A DNA stretch of 62,628 nt, the filler included, from Basidiobolus ranarum (lineage: Eukaryota), in NCBI GenBank assembly GCA_040143965.1. It is 7 parts of 7 records of this genome, joined end to end, with 100 filler letters (N's around TTAATTAATTAA, not from the genome) between each part and the next. Parts side by side here need not be neighbours in the genome. Positions count along the whole stretch, not along the records: positions 53,788 to 62,628 come from JASJQH010000913.1; 6 more parts are not named here. One strand, given 5' to 3'. The notes under the pieces were generated by a model. That model did not search any database. It saw only the letters and a program-made list of their open reading frames with translations, and was not told where the DNA came from. The position numbers and the translations under genes were made by a program. How positions within the stretch are numbered: the stretch's first letter is position 1; the number at the start of each line of letters is the position of its first letter. Positions 53,688 through 62,628 of the stretch are shown here, one piece after another.

Positions 53688-53787
53688 NNNNNNNNNNNNN
53701 NNNNNNNNNNNNNNNNNNNNNNNNNNNNNNNTTAATTAATTAANNNNNNNNNNNNNNNNNNNNNNNNNNNNNNNNNNNNNNNNNNNN
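53688..53787. other. Artificial contig linker
   Basis: N44-TTAATTAATTAA-N44. Confidence 0.99.
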
Positions 53788-54185
53788 ATCCTGAGCACCC
53801 TGAGGACGTGTGTAAGCTACAAAAATCACTGTATTGACTTAAACAATCACCCAGGGCCTGGTACACTAAGATAGATATATACTTGGAATCACTTGATCTA
53901 AGTTTTATATTTAAGAGTAATATTTGCATACTTCTCCAATGCTTTGGCTTCATATTTTTACGTAACTACATGTTGATAACATTTTATTCACCATTGGCTT
54001 ATTTATTTAATGATTGTTATTTAACTAATTAAATAGATATTTTACCCTCCGGTGTTTTTCATCCCGTAAGCTTTATCCCTAATGACTATAAATATCAAGA
54101 TTCTTTCCATGTGGCAAATTTCCTTCCATGTACCGTTGAAAACAGAACAAATTTCACTTTCCGAATTAGCTGAGTAGAATACCTT

Positions 54186-55829
54186 TTAGTGATTTATATC
54201 TCCTTGAATAATAGGTTTATCTGCTCTAGAAGCATTTGTGGATCCCGTCACGACAAGTCCATTGAGAACTAGATATTGTTTGGCCTCATGTGAGCTGCGA
54301 GACAATGAAATTGGGTAATAGACTTCGTCCAGCTTTCTAGTTTCTTCTATGTTGAGCAGAGTTGCTGAACGAAGAGTAGCACAAAAACTTGCTCTCCAGA
54401 CCCCAGGCAGAACGAGCACCTTGGTGATTAGAAATATCATTGCACTTAAAATCAATATCAGTGACAAAATTAGTGCCCAACTAGATAGTGCAGGTCGAGT
54501 TGCTAAATATTCAAAATAGAGCGGCTGGCCATCAAAGAAGATACTTGACAAATGCTGACTCAGCACTGTTAGCTCTTCTAACGTCGCTGGTTGCTCCACA
54601 ACGTGCAGAGTGTCTAGATATATTTGGTACTTATCCGAGCATGAATCATAATCTGGAGGTTGTGGAATACCTACATCTCCCTCAGACTCTAAATACCCCA
54701 AACTATAAGCCACCGGCAATTGATGGTGACACAAATTGTGAACGTTCACATCAGGATTTGTGAGACGGGAAGAGTTTTTATCCGCCCAAGCTACAACATC
54801 AATCTTATATTCAAACTCGTCACATGTCAAGTAGTAGTCGGCGCCTCTTGTGTCATCATTATATCTTGAGCCGCAGAGAGCAGCAGTGCTCCACTGCCCA
54901 TGGACTGCCTTACCTAGCTGGATTATCGTTTGTTGTCCTTCACGAGTAAACCGCAGATTTGGTACTAAATCCAGTTCCATATCATTTGTTGAATTCCAAC
55001 CTTTGCTCCATTTATCAGATAGACCCCCTGTCCCTGCTACACCTAATCCTCTCACTCCAATCTGCTTACTCACTACCATTAACGGAGCGTTATTCTAGTA
55101 GACTGTTTTAGCTGACCATAGATATCTCTCCTTTCCCATAGAGATCTGTCTAAAATTGGGATTTCCCTTCTCCCCAGCTTGTATGAAGTTCGAGTGATAT
55201 AATGCTGGTGTTGATAATCCACCAGATGCACCCAGGGAAGCTGCATCAAAATCCGCTGTTGGCCCAACATGGGGGCTGTAAAATACATCCTTTTCAGGTA
55301 TCGCCGGGCCCATATCTGGGAGGATATCTCTACTCAGTTGGAAATAGCCTATCTCGTCATCTGTCCATGCCCTACGCTCAAGATTTCTCGTAGTTTGCTG
55401 TGAACTTACGCTTATATCCAAAGCATTTAGGCCAGGCAAATGCTTCAGAAATTTCGATGGTTGTAATGACTCTCTAATATTTGATCCACTTCTTAAGAAC
55501 TTCGAAATCTCTGATGAGCTTGCCTGACCTTGAAGTATACTCACTGCCTGAGTCTTACCTAGACTTAGGAGCACAGGTATAACTCCTGTCAAGATGGGTG
55601 CCATCATGCAACAGGTCAACAAAAAGGTTAAACCAGGTAAATTGCGCTTATTCTTGATTGATTTTATGTACTTCATTCTTTCAAAAAACCCTGCTCCCTC
55701 TTGAGCTGTGACGAATTTATTGTTTGTTGACCTTGCATGAAATGCAATTACTGTGCTTAAGCATACTCCCAGGCCAATCGATGCTGCTTGGAATAGAACT
55801 TGGATGGACTGTTCACCTATGAAGAACAT
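54186..55829 (-). pseudogene. Uncharacterised membrane protein (N-terminal TM helices, large soluble domain, C-terminal TM); one 547-codon frame interrupted by a single TAG at 55097-55095 (pseudogene, recoded or spliced)
   Basis: The 245-aa and 297-aa ORFs share one frame: ...GTC TAC TAG AAT AAC GCT CCG TTA ATG GTA... No other lesion in 1644 nt. Confidence 0.7.
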
Positions 55830-58800
55830 CACTGGGTTATGAAGTTAGCTGTCGTATTGAGTTATACTACGTTGTTTACGGTTTAATGAATGGAGGATAC
55901 CACAATGGAGCATGTATTTATATAGATTCTGTCTTCGGGATACTTCAGAAATTGGCACTTTAATCCCAGCATGTAAAGATTTTGGAGAGGCACAAAGGGG
56001 CGTGAGAACTGGCTACAAGTATGAGTTAGCTTAATACTTTAATATGACATGTTTGTATAATTATTCCCAGCAGATATTGCTCTTTGGTAGAAGCCATGGC
56101 ATGTGTCTCATTCAGGTTAACTGAGCAAAACACTCCAAATATTGAGATAAATTATTGATTATCTCATTTTTACAAATTGGGTTCCTGTAACATTCAACAA
56201 ACGAAAGTCAAGTTTAAAGCGATTTATTCATTGTGGTCAGTAGTACTAAACCTGTTTATTTAATCCGGTATATGCTTCCTTTAAGTTCCGTGATTCACAA
56301 GAGAGATTCAGACTACACACTAATTACTACTTTGTGGCTCCAAATTGTTCTATAGAAAAACAATGATATCGCAACTTCCCAAACGCTATTCATTGTATTT
56401 ATATTTACCCATCCCCTTGTATATTTGCTAATTTGGAACGTATTACTGAATTGGATTATTAGGTAACAATAATAAAATCCCTTTGGACAGCGGATATTAT
56501 ACTGATGAATTTGAAGATATTACTGTACACTTTACGCGGTGCATTTACGTTTTACCAATATAGCCCACAGTTACTACAACTCTGGTAACTAACTACTGAA
56601 ATGGAAGACTATATCAGTCATATGTTAGGCTAGAGCTGTTCTATTCAATATGGTGTATTACCTGTACTTGGTTGCGAACTCTTAGATCGTAATAATACTC
56701 TTGAAAGTCTGCGATTATTGAAGGGAATTCTTTTGTCAGGAACCTGAATACTAGATATGATATCCTTGTGTTTCGTGAAGCACTGCATCTGTCAATCACT
56801 ATAAAGTTAAATACAACTGTTGTGCTGATATGCAAGTTTGCATTACATTGTAGTCAAGGAAACCCTGTTATTATTCCTACACTCTATGCTGATATCTATC
56901 ATCTGATGCAAGTAGGTAGCTGGTTGCACATGGTAACAGAGATTTTCTCTAGATTTCAGATTTCGGCATTTGCTAATTACATACCGATGTGGTTGCTGTA
57001 TACCATCCAAAGCAAGTTAAGAACTATTTTCTACACTATATACTGACAATTACGGAAAAGAGCAATAAACTCCAAAACTATTATCCGTTGCAAGTTGAAC
57101 CCTGATTCGACGCCAATAACTAGTGTTGTTTCTAGAATTCAACCCATCGGTCATCAGGTTTTTATGGAATACTGGTGTCAACTCTTGTACAAGGATGTAT
57201 CATACTAGTAGAGATTCTGTTTGGTAATAAACCTTTTGTAGATTTTTTGAGCAGTAAATAAAGGCAACTTGGAATAACTTAATAGATCCCATACAATGAA
57301 CATCTTATGCTCGATGTAATTATACAGATACATAGAGTACAACCAGAAGTTAAATGCTGTTTAGCTTTGTTAGCCTGTACTCTCTGAAGTAAGAGATATA
57401 AGATAGTAATAATTCACTTGAATATGATTCTATTAGGCATGTTTGTTCTTATATACTCCGGCCAGATGCATCAGTACGGTTCATGCCAATGGGTTGCAAC
57501 TATGACAGTGCTGAACCTACCACAGAACGACTCCATACTAGTATTACCACCGTAAAGCTCGTCACTTCCCAGATATTTGGTATGTTGGGACTTTTGTAGT
57601 AATACAAATATCACACAGCAGAGTTATCCATCTACTGAATCTTTCGGTGTGAATCAATAGAGTTCTACATACCCGTTACTCAAAATCTCAGTAATCAAAT
57701 TCTATATAGTGGTGTTTATGTGACATTCAGACACATCATAATTGATGAAATTGTGTAATTGTGTAACAACAGTTAATAGAACAATATAATTTGCAAATAA
57801 ATAACCTAAACACAGATTTAGTATACTGCAGCATACTATCTCAGGCATATACACTAAAACAAATCCTTTTTTTGCAAGCATTTTTCTAATGACAATATCT
57901 CTGCGTTCATTGCATTATTCAACTTCATATTTTGCACACGGCTTATTAAGATTCCAAGTAACAGTTGCTGACATAAGGAAGGTGATTCTACTACCTTTTA
58001 TGATGCTATCTACACTTAAATTCAGTCATTTCTGTAAGTTCTTTTGAGCACATTTCTGGACCTATTTTCAATCCCTAAATGCTGAAGTTTAGAGCCTGTG
58101 TATCCATGCAGGCCTGCTCTTTGCTCAAAACACTTGTAAAACTCTGATGTCATGAAATGATGTTGCTAGTTCTTCTAACCCTGACCCTAAAATTATCTAG
58201 AATTACATTACACTACTATGTTCAGAACTTACAACAACGTTCACTAACAAATTTCACCGCAATACAAGGTTCTCAATTACACATATTTGCTTTCCAATTA
58301 TTTGTAACTATCCCGAAACAAATTTCTTTAGGATGCTCACCATAGTATAAGAATGGTTGCTACCCTACTCTCGAAATGTATTAGTTATTGAATGGTAACA
58401 TTCCCACAGTCTCAAAATATTGGACTGGTGTTGATTTGTACATGTAGAGAGATAAAATTTACTAACTAACCACAATTTCTATAGTCAGATAAGATTTTGT
58501 TAAACAAAAAATCATCACCACAGCAAGCTGACTGTGTATGCATTTTCTCTAAAAATTGAGTAGTGTTCAGAGTGTTAAAAGATCAGACATGACCATTATG
58601 AATATAATATACGATATAGAGGAGCTTATTGGCTTCACCATAACTCATGCAGTACATATTTCCTATCACTCATTTGCTCAACATCAAAGTTTAAGACATG
58701 GCTATTCGGTATGATGGACTAGTGGAAACGTATTCATGAGTGAAACTTAGCATGACTGATTACTTGAACTTGTGACGTTTCTATTAGCCGAAGGATACAT

Positions 58801-61800
58801 ATTACGCTAAGAACTAAGGAAAATGCACAGCACACACAGACACTCTCATGAAGACGTCACATCCACCTAGTACTTGAACATATAACATTGTATTGCCGAT
58901 CCCGATAGCCCCTTGATCCTACTCTCATCCAATTACGTACCTTTATTCATTAGGACTGACCTTTTTTGGTAACTTCAATTAGCGATCTAACATCTACTTT
59001 GAAGGCGGTGGTACCGAATTTGGACTCGCCGATTGATTGGGCCTGCGTAACTTACATTCTGTGCTTGCGGGACTATCGACAAAAGATTGGCCGTTCTTGG
59101 GATTGCATAATGATGTGTTTTAAGTCTCAAATGACTAATTGAACTAGGTTAGAATGTACCTGCACAGAGTAAGTCTATTAAGAGCAGGTGACATTACTTA
59201 CATGCTAAAGTTGCAAAGAGGCTACCATAGCTGCACAGATGAGTGTCAATTTGTTTCGGGTAAGAGGGTAAATGGTCGGTTAAATAGATTTAGGAAATAG
59301 ATGCTCCAAGAATAGCTAGAAAGCCTCGTATTTCATCTTCTAATTTATGCAATTGGCTATTTCTTTCCTAAGTCGCCTTTTTCCATTGGTATTATTCCAT
59401 TATAGCTGAGGTGAATTGGCAGGATACTTACTAGTTTACCGGGTCTAGCACTTTGGAAGTCCTAGCCCTCATTGTCATGACATACATGCCGGTATGGTAT
59501 ATCTTTAATATGATCCTGGGTTTTGACCCAATAGCCCACATAATAGTACCCTATACCACCTGTCAGTTTTATGTTATTTCTAATTCCGAGTAAATATACG
59601 CTCAAAATCGATCAAGTCATTCAGGTCTTCTAAATCCTTTTTTATTAGAGAATCTTTGTGGAGTCTGGCATTAGCTCTGTCTTTCGCTGCTTGAATGAGT
59701 AATGTAGCCCCCTTATTTAATTTTGTGACGCTTTCCAAATGTAACAAGTATATACTTCGGAAGTGGTATCTCTTAGAGACATTTGCGCACTTTTGTAAGT
59801 ATATACTACACCGAGCACTCGAGTATGTGTACTTGATTATATCGAGTTCCTGATCCACAGAGTAAACTCCCATAACTTATCGATTCTAAAACATAAATAC
59901 CAAACTGCAATCATCATTAGAATGTTTCAGATAAAAGTTGCCCTCATCGTCAGGTACTTTTCAGTCGATATACTGCGTACGTATTTTTCTAGTTGCTAGT
60001 GTCTCTCCCCATAAATACTGGTAGTACTTAGCGGATAACCTGATTTCGCTGTACCATGGATTTACTTACACTCCTTTCTAAGGGTAGACAGAAGCAATCA
60101 GTATCTTGATTGAATGTGGCAGAGAGAGAGAGAGAGAAACATGTGCATATGTCACTTGTTCTACCACTGCCTAGAACTTCAATGGATTTATTTGCGTAAT
60201 ATTGCACTGCAGCTATGGGATATTCCATTGATCATCTGTCTAGAAGCTCTACAGGCCGTGTTGAATGCAAATCTTAGCCCACTGCATTGTAACATTGATT
60301 CAGGGCTCTATTCTCAGCCCAAATTGTATTACACGTCGGTATAGCCGTAGATTCTCTTGTCACAATTCTACTAGCCAGTCCACATGTTGAACATACTATC
60401 AGTTACCTAACTGGGGCTGCTAATCTAGGTATAACATGCTAGCACTACCTGGGCCCATGAAAGCCTCTCTAACTTCCACATGTCTTTTAGACGCACGAGC
60501 ATCTTATGTATCTTTATTTATCATCACCTTTCCTTACACTAATTCGCCTTGTTTCCACCTTTTCCCAAAACCCGAGCTCAGGTGTGGGTATTTTTTGTAT
60601 GCATATTACTAGCATCATTGTACTCCACTCAATATGAATTGATTGCCTTAAATGTAAGGGAGTAACTAAACAAGTGCACCATAGCAACAGGTATGAAACA
60701 GATAGGATATTCATTTAGCTACCAGTTCTACGTGTGGTGATGCTATGCAAGAGTGATGTATCTTCATACTGCACAAACAAGATATAATATCAAGAACTTG
60801 ACCCTTGGACAAGGTATATTTTGGATATGAACATACTTGCAGTAGCCGCTGTACGTACGAAATAAGACATACCTTGATATATTCCATAATACTATATTAG
60901 GGATTCCACTTTAAGGTCCATCAGCACTCGACCACCAACCCAATAGGTTTGTTTTTTCCATGGTTTTCTTTGAAGTTTGAAAGTTTAAAGCGGTGACTTT
61001 AAACTCCATTTCCTTTCCCTTCTTTGATAGTAATGGGGGACCAACCTATTGGATAGCATGAATATTTGTTGATTGCATGTCCCAAAATCTTATCTCCAGT
61101 GGAATTGTACCACGCAATCAACAAGTTCGTATTCCTTCAAACATGGTTACTCATCAACAACCTACTACTGTATCTCCTTTACTGGTGGCATTCTCTTTGG
61201 TATTTATTAGTTAATTTGGCACTTGACTAGGAATGCCCAAAATTATGGTAGCCGATATTGCATATTGGTACATAAAGCTGGTCACTATATAGAAATATTA
61301 AGATCTGTCCGGGCTCAATGATCAATTCAAAGCCGCTACATTCGGGAATACGATAATTAATTGTATTGACCTGAGCTATGATTCTGGTTGGAGTATTCTT
61401 CTTCTATCATGAGTAAGTGTTCATGGATAAGTATACCGATTGGTGAAAGGAACCTGCATGCAGATGGGCGACCATTCGTATGAACCATTAAATGTATTCA
61501 AGGCTATTGAGGAGTGGGTATCAGGCATTGTGAGATTTCGGATTTTCGGTGGGGCACTTAGAAGGTAGAAACTGGATTCTTGGAGGAGCTACGTAGAAAT
61601 ATCTATGGGAATAACTACTAGAAACCCATTCTACTATATGAAGTAAAATATTTCAAAGAGATGTGTCTAGACCGATCCTAATACCCAAAATTGACTTGAA
61701 AAATAGAATGTTCTACACTCATCATACTGCATACTCTTTCCCACTTGGATCTCAACTACATTACTAGAAGATTGAGCACAAACTCAGTGATATATGAAGT

Positions 61801-62433
61801 AAATTTCAGTTACTGAGTATGAACTCCATTTCTTACCATAAATGGAATAGCGTCTTCTGTGCACGGCTGACCATCTATTACATGAATAATAATGAATTAG
61901 CATGCTTCATGGAAAGATGTAGTACGCTACTTTGGTACAATAGAATAAATGATAAGCATTTATTAAATCGCATTCTTTAGTAACGTTAGATTCGGGTTGA
62001 AAAATATCTTTTATTACCCAAAGTAACTTTCCAATCATTTTCGATATTTTCACATCAAGAATCCATTCATATATGCATACATGCATGCTAAAGCCTAATT
62101 CGCCATGTCAGCCATATGGCTACTCATTTATAAAATGAATGTATACTTCACTAATCTATTCCCAAATCTATCCTGTAAACCGACACTTTCTCACGTTTAG
62201 AATATTCAAATCACTAATGTTCTAAACCAGGTAACTTCTTAAAAATAACCCTAATGTCAATATCTCCCAACAGGCTTAACAGCTGGTTTTCATTTGAAGA
62301 ATAGGCGAGTAGAGTAAATATTGAAGACCTAGAAATGGGACATGACACTCGTTACACTACAGAGCGAAATGATGACTGTGGATGCAGTGAATTTTTAAAA
62401 GATATATAAACCATGGTTTCCACTTACATTCAA

Positions 62434-62628
62434 CGTAAAGTCTGAATTAGGATTAAAAAAATAAAATCCCAAAAAATTAAAATAAAATTTCGTAAAGTCT
62501 GGAAGAAGGTTTGAAAATTTTAATTTCGTAATAAATTTAAAAATAATTTCGTAAAGTCTGAATTAGGATTTAAAAAATTAAATTTCAAAAAATTAAAATA
62601 AAATATCGTAAAGTCCGTAATTAGGTTT
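62434..62628. repeat. AT-rich 57-59-bp tandem repeat anchored on CGTAAAGTC (starts 62434, 62491, 62550, 62607), running off the window end
   Basis: Read directly. Units 1 and 3 are near-identical and unit 2 is divergent, suggesting a ~116-bp dimer. Confidence 0.85.

Noticed and set aside
59580-59873. 97-aa minus-strand ORF
   Set aside because: No motif, homology or splice support.

Overview
Intron-rich eukaryotic DNA from a fungus, most likely an early-diverging (non-Dikarya) lineage. The evidence is mostly ~55-110 nt GT-AG introns, many with CTAAC/CTAAT branch sites, a chitin deacetylase, an NRPS and animal-like genes that yeasts lack. Basidiobolus-like is plausible but cannot be shown from sequence alone. 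The window is not one locus: it is seven ~8.85-kb contigs, sorted by length and joined by 100-bp N44-TTAATTAATTAA-N44 linkers, so linkage only holds within a contig. Contig 1 (1-8884): galactokinase 3' end, GDP-mannose pyrophosphorylase, a 74-aa DUF4536/DMAC1-like gene missed by the ORF track, a CLASP-N protein and a BRAT1-like gene. Contig 2: DHA2-type MFS transporter with two ATCTGATAA boxes upstream, plus decayed repeats. Contig 3: malate dehydrogenase ending in a PTS1-like SKM. Contig 4: Rab7 (with a 6-nt microexon), PCT1 and Rab8/Sec4 (atypical C-terminus). Contig 5: 5' end of an NRPS head-to-head with a full ABCB/MDR exporter, plus a Ty3/Gypsy RNase H fragment. Contig 6: CE4 deacetylase 3' part and a Kaptin (KICSTOR)-like gene. 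Contig 7: a 547-codon membrane-protein ORF split by one in-frame TAG, and a ~57-bp satellite. Best leads are the NRPS/ABCB pair, the KPTN and BRAT1 homologues, the single-TAG ORF, the Rab7 microexon and the possibly iron-regulated MFS. All family assignments come from motif recognition by eye; no database search was run.
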